NCBI GenBank assembly: GCA_032718475.1
Contig: JAUCBJ010007336.1
Span: 42,416-106,415 of the forward strand
From: Nemertoderma westbladi
Taxonomy: Eukaryota > Animalia > Xenacoelomorpha
Direction: 5' to 3'
DNA: 64,000 nucleotides
The position numbers and the translations under genes are program-made. Positions 23,936 to 36,835 of this stretch are shown in pieces. The notes under the pieces are model-generated. The model ran no database searches and was not told where the DNA came from. It was given only the letters and a program-made list of their open reading frames with translations. Each line of letters begins with the position of its first letter. Position 1 is the stretch's first letter.

Positions 23936-25231
23936 TGTAAAAGCCTTTGCTGAATTGCCCCGTTATTTTTATTATCTTTTACATTAAAATACTCTGTAGT
24001 TGATTTAATAAGTGTAAGAGACCGTATTATTGCTGTATCGGTGTTTTTAGAGGATCTAAGACCTATTTCCTCCGTATGTGTACTGTGAAAGGCATATTTT
24101 ATGATTCTATGGCAATTCGTGACGCAAAGGGGTGATAGCTACTCTTGAACAGTAGTTACTATGACTACGGTTAACAGCTGACATTCATACGTGTTGATTT
24201 CCTTTGTTCTACGGCGTCTCTCAGTTCAGTCAGCCAATTAGAGCGTTTTTGTGGCTCCTTGTACAGAAAATTTCCGAGAAATGACGCAATGCCTATGTGC
24301 AGTGTTTACATTCAGTCCTGAGCCAAAGAAAGAACGGCTTGGAAGTATTTTGTGCTTTACTGTTTTTAGTCTTACACTAGTAGGTTTAATTATAAAGGGC
24401 ATATATCCTTTAACTAACGACTACCTGACTCATGGAATCACTGCTGACTGATGATCATACATCCTGACTGCTGAAACATTGCAAACTCATAACAATCAGT
24501 GTTCAGTTGTTGTTTTATACTGCTATTTACTGTCAGTTCTTAATAATATGGTTGATGAATAATTATATTTGGAATAACGAGAAATAACCCCGAAACCCAA
24601 TATTCTTGATATACGGGTGTCGGTGGTTGTCGGTGGCGTATTTAGTCAAACCCTTGATATACCGAAGGTAAGAGAGAAAGGTTACAGATAAACGATTGTG
24701 ACTTATGTTAAAGTGGTTTGAAGTGAATCTAATGTTATTTGATAGACCCTACATGAGTCAGTCTGTGTTCCTTTTATATGTGACTAAAATCAGTGAAGAT
24801 TGGCAGATTAGTGTGCAGTATTGTGCAGCATTGTGTATGAGTGAGTCTGTTAAAGAAGCAATTCCTAAAGAATGCGCCATATATGTGAATTATAATTAAG
24901 CCATATCGTTGTGAGTAGTTTAAGTCATAACTCTGTTTATATAGATAAAGCGCCACGTCCTAAAGGAACTGTTAATATTCCCGAAGGTGAATAATATTGT
25001 CAGAGATTATATAATACTGTCAGTCGAATAATACATTAGGCTTACATAGCAATAAAATTAAACCGTCGAACCCAATCTCCCGGGAATCTCCAGCGGGTGA
25101 ATGGTCGCGCACGGATTGGTTTCGACTAGTGTAGTGAATCAAATACTTGTCATAGACTAAAAACTGATTTAATATCTAGAAGACATCTTAATTTGGTGGG
25201 TTAAACTGCCAAAGGTCTGAAAGCGCGAACA
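23936..25231 (+). repeat. 3' LTR of BEL element 1
   Basis: Direct repeat of 12478-13773. Confidence 0.97.
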
Positions 25232-26285
25232 CTCCGTGAGCTACAGGATGAGTTTAGATACGAACTCAAGGAGGCACGTCAGGCAATCGTAACTAATACT
25301 GCTCGTATTTCCAATCTAGAGTCTGATAACGCGATCGTTATTAAGCACAATGAGTCATTTCAACGAAAGAATACCGCGCTCCTAGTAGAAAATGAGGAGT
25401 TGCAGGCCGCGCCCGCACCATGATCATCCGGTTCTACGGACACAGTCAGCGCGTCTGCGCTCTCCAGAATAAAAAGAATCTCGCTAAGCCGATCGCGATC
25501 ACTGAACACCTTATTGCGAGTCGTGCGCTGCTCGTTAAATCGCTGCGCGCTCTACATCGCGCGGCACGAATCCACTCGTTTTATACCCGCAACGGCGTCG
25601 TATTTGCCCGCGTCTGCGATGGCGACAAGCCGATGCGTATCGGGACTGATCGAGATGTAAATTGCCTCTTCCTTCCACCTCCTTCCAGCTCTGCTCCCGT
25701 AGATTCGCTACTCGGGAACCCCTCCACTTCCCCGACTGGGCCCACTGTTCCCTCGACCAACACTTCCGCTCGTCCCATTGTCCCCACCTCCAATGGTCGG
25801 ATGCCGGGATCCTACTACTCGCCTATAGCTGTGGTCGAAGAAGAGGAGCCCTCCGAGTAGTTTCCTAATTTTCTCGTACCATTAACAAAGATAAAACTAT
25901 AAAGCTTCATAAACATTTCAGAATGAAAGAAATTCAAATTATTCGGTGACTGGTAAGGAGCCCATACCATTTATTTCAGTTTATTTTATGTAAGTTCCCG
26001 GTCAAATTATTCTTATTCATAAACTTTACTAATCATATTTCTTGGTTATATTATTTGGTATATCGAATTATTAATACATTTCTTTATATCATCTCATTAT
26101 AACATTTCCTATCATATTTTCATATCATTTTCTTCTTTAATACCGAACCATTTATCAACTTATGATATCCACCAAGTAGATTACCTATTATTAAGGTAAT
26201 AATGTTTATTACCTACCAATCTGCTGGGGAACCTAATCTAAACACCGAAGTCCTCCTAGTCTAGGCAAGTCCCTGTACAAATTGC

Positions 26286-29200
26286 ATGTCCGGCCAGCGA
26301 TACAACCCACCCCCTGACCGTGTTGACTGTAATTGTGGTTTCTGTTTTTCTAAATTTTATCATTTTGATCTAGTATTCCTCTGTAACTTATGCAATACGC
26401 ACTACCATCGACAATGTGGTTCATTCTTAGATGCCCAGGATTTTTCAAATAACTCTGGGAACAATCTAATACATTTTTGTAATTTTTGTTACGCAGGTAT
26501 ATTTCCTTTTTACCCTGTATCTAATGATGACCTTGATATATTCTGTTCTGAAAATAGCGAGGACATTTCAGATTCTGATTATAAAGCTACTGGCAACATA
26601 TTTAGTTCTATTAATCCCGATGATAATGTTAATTCAAACTTAATTATTGGCAACTATTACAATGAAGCAAAATTTAACAACACTTTCACTAGTGAGACTA
26701 CCAACCCATCTTTCTCTGTCTTTCATTTAAATTGCAGGAGTCTAAATTCAAATTTTACGGCAGTTACAGATTTCTTATCAACGCTCAATAACAAATTCGA
26801 TATTTTGTCATTTTCCGAAACTTTCCTCACTAAGGACCACCCCATTAACAACATATGCATTGATGGTTATAAGAACCCTGTATGTGACTTCCGGGAGTAT
26901 GGTAAGCTGACCAGGGGAGGCACAGCGATCTATGTCCGGAGTGAACTGGAGATGGTCGAACGTCCTGATCTACACTTTCCTGGTCCGGAAAACTCCTGGG
27001 TAGAAATTTCTCGTCCACATCCGAGTAGACCACTAATTATAGGTTGTATCTATCGTCCCGACGAAATATCTTACGACTCATTTGCTACTAAACTAAATGA
27101 CTCCTTAACAAAACTGGCAGCTACTAAACATGAAGTAATTATTACCGGTGATATAAATATAGACCTCATAAAGTCAACCAAACCCAATGCCCGAGACTAT
27201 CTAAATATAATTTCATCTAACGGTTTTACCCAAACAATACAGCAACCAACCCGTATAACTACTCACTCTAAGACCCTCATTGACCACGTTATTACTAATA
27301 TCCATTCATCTATTTGCTCCCCGGGTGTCTTCCTAACTGAAACTGGCACATCCGATCATCTAGCAACTTTTCTCGTTCTTTCTAACTATTCTACTTTTTT
27401 CCGACCTCCAGAGACCAAATATGTGTATGACTATAGCCAATTCGATAAAACCAAATTTCTGAAAGACCTGTACAATAAGCAGTGGACTTACAAAACTTCG
27501 ACTGTACCAGTTTCTGATAAAGACAAATTCGATAACTTCTACTCAGAATTTACGGCTACTTGTACCACAAATCTACCACGCAAGGCACTTAATAAAAAGT
27601 CAGTCTCTAAAAAACCGTGGTTAACCAATGGTTTACTATTGGCGATCCGCAAAAAGAACTTACTTTACGCAAAGTCCGTCAAACACCCAACCACTGAAAA
27701 TCACAACATCTTTAAATTATACCGTAACAAGCTAACTAGTCTACTTAGGTCTGCCGAGAAACAATATTATACTTCGGAGTTTACAAATAATTCAAATAAT
27801 ATGCGCAAAACCTGGAAAACTATTAATAATCTACTTAACCGATCTAGTAAATCTTCTGTTCCAAAACGTTTAAATATATCTAACAACGGTTCTAATTATA
27901 GTGTGACTTCCTCATCTGATATAGCTAACCACTTTAACGATTTCTTTTCTACCATAGGACCAAAATTAGCTTCTAAACTGCCAACCACATCACGCAGCCC
28001 GACTCGACATATTCAACATTCTAAATCTAACTCTCTTGTACTCACAGAAACTTCCGCTGTAGAGGTACACTACAATTTACTTACTTTACGCGACAGTGCT
28101 TCATCCAATGACGATTTCCCTGTACACCTTGTTAAATTAGCCGCACCTATTATAGCAACTCATTTAGCCTACCTAATTAATCTAAGCATAAATCAAGGCC
28201 ACTTTCCTAATTCTATTAAGGTATCCAAAGTTATCCCAGTTTATAAAGGTGGCGACCCCTTCCTGACTACCAACTATAGGCCCATCTCTTTACTTTCAGT
28301 ATTTCATAAAATCTATGAATCTGTTATATATTCTCAATTAATATCCTATCTGGAAAAATTCAAAATTATTTCCCCTAATCAGTTCGGCTTTCGTAAGAAA
28401 TACACTACGTCCATGGCTATTATAAACATTGTAGAGTCATTACGTGAAGCTCTTGATAATTACGATTCTTCTTGTTTACTACTAATTGATTTGAAAAAGG
28501 CGTTCGACACGCTTAATTTTTCTATCCTACTTAGCAAAGTACAAATGTACGGTATCCGTGGCACGCCCTTTTCACTATTTTCTGATTATCTTACCAACCG
28601 TAGGCAGTGCGTATCTATAGATAACACTATATCCTCTCTCAGGTCCATTTCATGTGGTATCCCACAAGGGTCGGTTCTCGGGCCAGTCCTTTTTCTTCTT
28701 TATATAAATGACTTACCTAACTGCACATCCTCCCTCGCGACTCTCTTTGCCGATGACACCACTCTCATGCGACGACACCGCCATCTGACTCCTCTAATCG
28801 ACTCCATGAATTACGACGCTAACCTGCTCTATGACTGGCTATGTGACAACCGACTAACGTTAAATATTGATAAGACAGAATACTCCATATTTAAAAACTC
28901 CAGATTCCAATCTCAATCTCACGGTCTATCCATTAATAGTCAACCAATAAAATTTACATCTGCATTTAAGTACCTAGGTATAATTATCGACAATAATTTA
29001 ACATTCCGCAATCACATAAGCTACATTCTTAAAAAGATCTCTAGAACCGGAGGTCTTTTCTATAAATTACGTCATATTCTCAGCCCACAGATTTTACGGA
29101 TGCTCTTTTACTCGTTAATATATCCATACATCTACTATGGTCTCATTGTCTGGGGTGGCACCTACAATACCATCACCAAACCTTTGCGAACAAAACTAAA

Positions 29201-29574
29201 TAAAATTCTACGATGTATTACATTTAGCCACTACCGGTCCTCCGCCTTTCCAATCTACCAACAACTACGTATACTACCTATAGATCAACTTTTCCAATTC
29301 CAGGTCCTCTCACTAATGTACTAATATTCATAGTAACCCCGCCCACCCTCTTTCCCACTTGTTCACCAGGGCTTCTTCAGTGCACTCCTACAACACCCGC
29401 TCTGCCTCCGCTGGTCTGTACCACCTGCCACATGTCCGTCTTATTGTCCGTCACCAGTCTGTATCTGTTCAAGGCCCTTTACTCTGGAACTCCTTGCCAC
29501 AAAATATCCGTAGCAGCTCCAGTCTAAATATCTTTAAATTAAAACTTAAGAATTACTTGCTCAAAATCTCTTAA
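26286..29574 (+). CDS. LINE ORF2: Cys-rich (PHD-like) N-terminus, APE endonuclease and RT; one +1 frameshift near 29321
   Basis: HLNCRSL, FSETF, IYRP, TGDINID, LIDH, SDH (APE); NYRPISLL, QFGFRK, DLKKAFDT, GIPQGSVLGP, FADDT, KYLG (RT); C-terminal WNSLP...FKLKLK in 29359-29574. Confidence 0.93.
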
Positions 29575-29981
29575 AATAACAAGATACTGCCATGGATTTC
29601 ATTTCAGATCAGTATTACCAGCCAAACTCGATTTTATATTTTTACAAACCAGTAATAATATATACACTCACAACAACTGATTTTACATACCATTGCATTT
29701 GCCAATTATATTTTAATGTTTGACATACTATTTATGCTGCCACAATTTCAGTCAACAACAGTTACATTAGGTCTTAGTCATGTGTTCTAAAATATATACA
29801 AACACCCCTTTTCCTCCATGGTATGTGGCTGTTCCGAAGCTGAACTAGCGATTTGCTATAGTGGAGGACCACCCACACAGTACCCAGCAGATTACAGTCT
29901 GCTGTGCAATTACTCATGAATTATTTCGTTTTTATTGAGGAATAAATAAACTCAAAAAACCTTAAAAAACCTTAAAAAAAC

Positions 29982-30307
29982 CATGCTGGGAGAGATAATG
30001 TAGGCGACAGGGTAGCGCGGACAACGGGATTAAACCCGGAAGTCGCGGGGTGAATACTGGTAGGTAGACCAGAAGGTCCCAGCACAACAGTATGACTATA
30101 GCATGCAGGGACATAATATATATCAGGGGAAGGGAGAGTTATTGCGGATAGGTGTATGGGCCCTAATATATTAACATCAACCCCAGTACCAAACATACCA
30201 CCGGTGGGGGGGGGGGGGGGAGGCAGGGTGACATTCCCCCTTTACAATATCAACAATATACTCAAACAGAAATAAGAACATCGAACCCCCTGGACGAGAA
30301 CAGATCG
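29982..30307 (+). mobile_element. Diverged fragment of BEL3-family gag
   Basis: Encodes RTTGLNPEVA, QQYDYS, IADRCMGPNILTSTPVP, QGDIPP..YQQYT..NPLDEN, matching the minus strand of about 60730-61060. Confidence 0.85.
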
Positions 30308-31870
30308 CTTTACTGAATGCTTTACTGAAACGTGATGGGATTAAATCAGGTTCTTCATTTAACCAAAATTGTATAGATTCAAGTCCCTTTTCCTGTGGAA
30401 TTGATGTGAATAGAGAGGTGACGTCGAAAGTGGTCAGTGTGAAGTTTGGACCAAGGGAACTGGGAATACAGTTGATAAAGTGCTTCGTGTCCCTTATATA
30501 GCTGGGTGTGGCAACGACAATGGGCTTGATTATCTCATCTATTAGTTGTGATCAGCGGCTGGTGGGTGAGTCTATGTTGGAAATAATAGGTCTTGAGGGT
30601 AAATCATTGGGAAATGTAATGTCCAGGACTCCATTAAGTGCGTTTTTAGAATTTTCCGATATAATTTTGGACTTGAGGAGCTTGGGTAAAACATGAATGG
30701 TGCTACTCTTGGGTTTGTGTTTTGTAAGGTAGAGGAATTCCTGTGCGGTTAAATTGTCCCTATATTTTCTACAAAGTGAAGTAATGGCATTGGTGGTGTC
30801 GGTGGAATTGTTAATGAATACAGTTTCAGTCAGTCGATAGGTTATATGATGGGTTGGTCACGCTGTCCGCCTCTATGGTTTGCAACAAGTCAGTGAAACT
30901 ATTGAGTTTACGGTTTTTTAACCGGGAGGGAGTCGATACTGACTTACCATAGACTAGAGACTGAGTTTCCGTGTTGGGGTTCTGCCTCAAATGTGCATAT
31001 GAAATATTTGAATTAACCCTCCGATTGAAATCGATGAAATCTTTCCTGATTGGGAATGGGTTAGGTTTTGGCGTTGGGGTATATTTTAACCCGAGTTTTA
31101 AGAGTTTGGTTTGATAATAGTTAAGGGGCTCTCCAGTCATATTAACAATGGATAGGTGGGGATTGTTGGTTTCGTTGCCCGAATTTAGTCAATGTTGTTG
31201 CTGGCGATTGGGGATAAGGTGTTGGTGGTTCGGAATAATAGGGTGATGGCGGGAATTGCTTGTGTTGTTGACTAGCGGCTGGCCATTATTGCTGGGGTTG
31301 CTGATTTGTTGGTTAGTTGGGCGTGGTCTTTGGTTTAGCCGCCAAGGTTATTGGGATAGGAGCATTGCTGTTAACATTGTTGTTAGATAGAGTGTAAAAA
31401 AGCTTCTTTGAGGTGGGCGGTCTCTACTCTCTGATCGGCTATCCAATCGTGTTTGGGGTGCTTGTCTGATGCGTCCCCTAGACGTGTGAGTGTTGGGCAG
31501 TGCGTTAGTTGATGGTATTACATCACCACCATTCGGGTCTAGAACGGAATAAGGATTGTAATTTCTGTTGTCTCTGCTATTGTTGTTGTGATTTCCCCAT
31601 TTCGTTGGTGTTGGTTGTTCTGTGTGTTGGGATTTTGGTTTCTGTTGAATTGACTATTTTCAGTACTAGAATCGCGTGTGAAAGTGTACTCGTTGGAACG
31701 ACTGGTAGCAGCGTCTGAACTGGCAGTTGTTGTTGGGTTGAGTAAAGTGAAATGATTATCACCATATAAGAAATCTTTATTCGATTCCCATTTGGTATCA
31801 TTTTCTGTCTGTCTGGTTGATAATTCGTTGTCCCAGATGGATTGCAGTTTCTCTTTGACGTTGTTGTTGT
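30308..31870 (-). mobile_element. Penelope-like element, N-terminal and RT portion (degenerate)
   Basis: Minus strand: LLKLGLKYTPTP, LPSRPIISNIDSPT, PSYIRDTKHF, TFDVTSLFTSIP. Confidence 0.85.
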
Positions 31871-31871
31871 T

Positions 31872-32400
31872 AACTCAGCAAACATATTGCTTCGTGTGGG
31901 TCGGGCAAATTCAATATAACCCCAATAATATTCCAGTGCTACGGTAGTAACCCGGATATAAGGGAGTCATGCGAGACACACCTTCAGAGGTTATTGCGCC
32001 CAACATTAAACTCGCCTCCCTCCACTGCCGATATAATACAACTACATCAACAAAAGAAGGGAATACCCCCCACCGCCCCACCCACCACTACTGCTCCATT
32101 GTTATCAACCGCATCGACTAATGACATGGGGCATTAGTTACAACAACGGCCCCTACGACCAATATTGCAAGGGCCCAACCTTTAAATATTTCTACAAACT
32201 CAAATATTTAATAATAGTCCTGAAGAGGTAATCCGAAATGCATTGACTCATTATTATTTAATTTGATCATTTTTACCTTATTTATTAATAAAACCGTTTT
32301 TACTGTCATAATGTTTACTAAACAATTTAATTTAATTTGACTGATAATATCAATAAAATTTTTTTACTTCTCCATCGAACTCGAATTTTGATTGTTTCTC
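31872..32400 (+). mobile_element. Penelope-like 3' end (GIY-YIG C-terminus plus pLTR), inverted relative to the RT part
   Basis: Plus frame LSKHIASCGSGKFNITPIIFQC...IRESCETHLQRLLRPTLN followed by a hammerhead motif. Confidence 0.7.
32209..32256 (+). ncRNA. Minimal type I hammerhead ribozyme
   Basis: Stem I TAATAATAGTC/GACTCATTATTA, core CTGAAGA, stem II GG-TAAT-CC, GAAA, palindromic ATGCAT stem III. Confidence 0.8.
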
Positions 32401-32449
32401 ACCACTAATAGTCATTATATATATCGATTCATATATATAGATTATAAAT

Positions 32450-32830
32450 TTAGCAAGTCAAAGCCGTTGGGGTGTGGGATCCGGTTACAAAAATTAAATA
32501 ACACCCATTGAAAAGGTCCATTACAAAGGCAGGGGAAAGAAAGATCAGCGACGGGAGATCCGTACAAGGGAAGGATACTGGCAGTGCACCTTAAGAACAA
32601 TCAAGCGATTTGGTCTCAACACTATAAATGAAGCGGTTTGCAATAATTTCGGCTTAGACGTATTTAATCCAGATTAGAGAACTCATTATGTAGACTAATG
32701 TACTGTAGACGCTTAATTTTCATGGAAACTGAAATGAATTAGCTATTTATTTATTTAATTATTTAAATCACTTGAAAAAGAAATATTATATTATTTCGAA
32801 AGCTTGTGTAATTTCTTATAATTTTTATTT
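32450..32830 (+). mobile_element. Second Penelope-like 3' fragment (GIY-YIG C-terminus plus 3' UTR)
   Basis: ITPIEKVH...IRTREGYWQCTLRTIKRFGLNTINE matches the PLE IE...RE..W...L.T...GLN pattern. Confidence 0.7.
32765..32814 (+). ncRNA. Atypical minimal hammerhead-like motif
   Basis: CAC-TTGAAAAA-GAAATA(ttatat)TATTTC-GAAAGCTT-GTG; variant core with palindromic AAGCTT. Confidence 0.5.
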
Positions 32831-33019
32831 AACGTGGTTGATCTTGGTTTCCTTACAATTATATTTATATATTCGATTCATATATATATATCGATATGTT
32901 GAAGTAGAGCTACTTAATCGGAAACAAAACATGCCACAGTAGCAAAACATGTCATTATATTTCAAAACGTGGTGAAACATTGTATAGGGTTTGTATTGTG
33001 TGGGTGGGGATACTTGGCA

Positions 33020-33850
33020 GCTGTTTACTACACTACACCATTAAGCAGCAGATATGGGGTGGAAGCTGACCAGTCTGCAGTTCTCCAGTCTATAGTTAGG
33101 GGGCGAACTCTTAGCCAGTGAAATCCTTCCCCCATTTTGTTGTTTATTATGCTTTTTTGCTAATTTTAGCTAATTTTAATTCTTTAGAGTTGATTCTTTG
33201 CAGCGATCTAAAAGTACCTACTAAACTATAGGTTGTGTTAAGTGTAGCCGATCATGCCTGGGACCTTAGAATCGGGACTGTCTAAAACCCGGGCCGGTCC
33301 CGCTTTCGGCCAAAATATGTCAACTCCTAGGGAAATGTATAACAGCAGTTGCACTAACAGACTCAATCTGTTCTAACTGACACTTTGTAGTTATGTACCT
33401 GACCATAGGATGCGACTTTGGGAGGACACTAGCCGGTATGCAATGCTCCAGCCTACCACTAGGGGGCGACATGTAAGAAAGTGAAATCCTTCTCTAATTT
33501 CGTTTTTTATAATGCCTTTAGCTGATACTTGCAAATATTTACTACACCATTAGGCTGTAGATATGGGGAGAACGCTGCGCTGTTGACCAGTCTGCAGTTT
33601 TACAGTGTACCATTAGGGGGCGAACTGTGAGCCTGTCTAATCCTTCCCCCATTTCGTTGTTTATAATCATTTTTGCTAATTTTGGCCCATTTTAATTCTT
33701 TAGAGTTGATTCTTTGCAGCGATCAAAAAGTACATACTAAACTATAGGTTGTCGGAGTCCTTGGAGGATGTCTGACTGTTTTAACCTTCTCCCACATTTT
33801 ATTGTTTGTAATGCTTTGGAAGTGATATTTTGACAGGTAACTACTACAAC
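33020..33850. repeat. Diverged direct repeats of unknown family
   Basis: 33025-33235 is similar to 33540-33750, with partial copies; recurrent TAGGGGGCGA. Confidence 0.75.
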
Positions 33851-34119
33851 ATAATCTTATACCTTTATGTTATACCTGCCAAGTTTACCAGCTTTATACT
33901 GTTTGTTTGCTCACTCATGTGACATTTTAATTTGAAATGGTGAAGAAGTTGGTCTTTCTAGGTTTAATAATGTTGGAAAGCCAATGTTGTTAATTCCTGC
34001 AGCATCTGTCACGAAATTGCTATGAATGCAAATAACTAAAAGAAATCTTCTAACTCCAAGCTATATTTATTAGATATTCTCTAATAATATTATTATTGAA
34101 TGGGCCAGACAACATCTCG

Positions 34120-35690
34120 TACGAAAGCTGCATACCTTGAAAGCTGCACTCCCTCTGACGATTCTCTTGTGGACCACTCTACTAAATGTCTGTTTCAAGC
34201 CCAGCAGGGGAGTAAAGTCCTGGAAAGAGAGTATTATGAAGGTCCTTTACAAGGGCAAGTGCCTTCGAGACTTAGCTGACAACTACAGAGGTATTGAACT
34301 CTTTTAAAACCCGTATAAAATTTTATCTGGTTTAATAGAAAAGCACATACTTAAATGGCTCAATGAACACATCCCACCCGATCAATATGGCTTTATGCGA
34401 GGAAAGTCAACAATAGGACCACTAACCAATTTAATAAATAGAGTTTTGGAGAACCTATCAATCCCACGGCGACCCTTCTATGTAGCATTTGTTGACTTTA
34501 GAAAAGCCTTCAATAGCGTCCTGTGCCAAAGGTCCTTTACAAACTTAGTGATGTTTTCAATACGAGGTTGAATCCTCAAAATCCTTCATGGATCCTAGAG
34601 TCTAATCTCATCAAGATATCCGATGGTCTTCGCACAACAAATGCAATACCACAGTCAGTTGTTTTCAACAGGGCGACGGCTTTGGTCCTTACCTATTCAT
34701 CCTCTACATACTTGGTGTGGGGTCATCAAGACCCCATGACCATCATTAAAGAAACTGCACTCAGCATCATAATCAATTTCTTTGCTGATGATGTTGTGTT
34801 CTACATTGATTCCCGCGAAACACTCCAGAGGGGACTTGAAGCTCTTTCTTCGTGGTCCACTCAAAGTTAACCTCACAAAAACAGAGGTGATTAAATTCCA
34901 ATGAGGTGGTCGCCTTGATCATCCTGATTCCTTCAATTATCGCGGCAATCGAATCAATATCACTAATATGTCTAATATCACTAATATATACATATCTCGG
35001 AGTGACCTTAACACCAACTCTATCATTCTCAAAGCACATCTCAATCAAAACCTGCAAAGCGTTAAAGGGAATCCATTCAATTAAAAATCCCCACTGCCTC
35101 TTACTAAAAACAGCAACCAAACTGTTTGATACCAAAATAAGACCAATAATCAGTTACGCCATTCAAACATACTGGACACACCTCAGGCCAACAAACTTTG
35201 AAAAATTAGACAAAATTAAAGCGGTTTACCGTAAACGTTGCATGGGTCTCCATAAATCGACACAAAACCGACTTGCTCTCACCCTTCATCTACAGGAACC
35301 CTTCTTCTGTGGCGAATCTCAGGTTACATTAAATCTGCCCAGAACATTGGCCTATGAACAATACGTCGAACTCCAAGCGATTAAAACGGCAAAATTCCTC
35401 CTGAATTCTGGCAATCTCCGGGTTTTACAAACAGAAGCTGGACAGAGTCCAACCAATCCCTACACCATGTGACAACCCGCTTTAGTTGCCATGGCTTCCA
35501 CCACTTAATCTGTTGTACAACGGGATATCACACCCCAGACATTGACTGTAGGTGCAGTCTGTGTGGGGACACCACCACACTTTATCATCTCACTGAGTGC
35601 ACCACAAACCACGAGCCACTTCGACACTGGGCATCATTGGCTTGCCCCATCCCCTAGTTTGCCTATTTTAAACTCTGACCTTTATTTATT
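34120..35690 (+). mobile_element. Degenerate 5'-truncated non-LTR retrotransposon (RTE-X-like)
   Basis: YKGK..DNYRGI, QYGFMRGKST, AFVDFRKAFNSV, FFADD, TYLG and a C-terminal C..C...H...C knuckle, across frameshifts. Confidence 0.8.
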
Positions 35691-35799
35691 TATTTTAATT
35701 AAATATAATCTGTTTTAAATTACAAGCATTGATTAATTAATCACATAATTTTTACTCCCTGCTTTTAATCCTCTTTATCAGAAGTAAAATATACCTCAT

Positions 35800-36300
35800 C
35801 TTCACCTATTTCATCCGAACACACTAAAGCTTCCTGCTTTATATCCAATTCACCTAATCCTGATGTAACCTCACTTCTCTTCCCTGAAATTTTCTTTAAT
35901 ACCTATGAAACTTAAAACAGGGACAGTTATCCTTGCAAGTTGTTCTTCTGTGTGTGACAGTCCAGCGTTCTTTAAAAGTCTGAATGCAATCACCCCATCG
36001 GGCAGCTCCATACCATGTTTCTTTACCTTTGAATATAAATTATCAAATTCCACCAGATATTCCTCCATGGTTATCACAATTGGGCGTATATATATATCTC
36101 AAAATTCTCACAAGCACAAAATCACAGCTCACAACTCCTTGTCCTTTAAATATAAATCGTCCAGCTTAAGTTATTAATTTCTCCAGTCCATCTTCACTGC
36201 TTAATTCAGCAATTGGTATATCCACTGTAACTTCCCTCGCTTTTCTGCTCATTGATAACACCAACACCATACCCAGCCGCTATATTTTTGTAATCGTCCA
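35800..36300 (-). mobile_element. Copia (GalEa-like) gag remnant
   Basis: MEEYLVEFDNLYSKVKKHGMELPDGVIAFRLLKNAGLSHTEEQLAR resembles GalEa-clade gag. Confidence 0.6.
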
Positions 36301-36459
36301 ATGAAATCCTACAAAATTTGGGCTGTTGGTGAAACAACTATAAATGAACACTACCAAACCTTAAAAAGTTAAAATTTTTCATAAACAGGGAATCATAATT
36401 TTGATGAAAAATAAAAGTAGTCCCAGGACAAAATTACAAAATTTTTCCTTTTTCTAAAA

Positions 36460-36835
36460 ACTAATAGTGTGGCGTTGGCTAGATTTAGAAGGTTTTTCAA
36501 GACGCTGAATCGAATGTGATTATATTCCATTTCCAAAAATTGAAGTGGATGCTATTTTTCGCGCACCTAAGAAGTGGGCGTGGCACTTCAAATTTTGAAA
36601 AATTAGATATTCAGAAAATGCCCCTAATTTTTTATTTCAACGCATCTTTATAGGTTTTCTGGGCCGCTGAATCGATTGAAAGTAATATAGAAGCCTGAAG
36701 ACTTAGTGGTTCGCCATTTTTGGTGCACCAAAATTAGGGCGTGGCAATTCAAATTTTGAAAAATACGAGATTCGGAAAATAAACCAAATTTGAAATTTTA
36801 ACGCATTTATATAGGTTTTCTAGACCGCTGAAAAT
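36460..36835. repeat. About 165-bp tandem units (AGGTTTT..CGCTGAATC, GGGCGTGGCA..CAAATTTTGAAAAAT), probably DNA-transposon internal repeats
   Basis: 2-3 diverged copies; loosely resemble the internal units of 48475-50005. Confidence 0.6.

Larger units (their letters stand above)
12478..25231 (+). mobile_element. Non-autonomous BEL/Pao LTR retrotransposon (gag plus protease only)
   Basis: TG..CA LTRs at 12478-13773 and 23936-25231 (1296 bp each, near identical); 5-bp TSD CTCCG (12473-12477 / 25232-25236); purine tract GGGAGCGG before the 3' LTR. Confidence 0.95.
12300..29980 (+). mobile_element. CR1/L2-group LINE interrupted by an LTR element in ORF1
   Basis: ORF1 from ATG 12380 reads across the insertion (..EIRELR|ELQDEFR..) and continues in 25420-25860; ORF2 26286-29574; 3' tail AATAAATAAA(CTTAAAAAAC)n at about 29941-29980; 5' boundary approximate. 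Confidence 0.88.
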
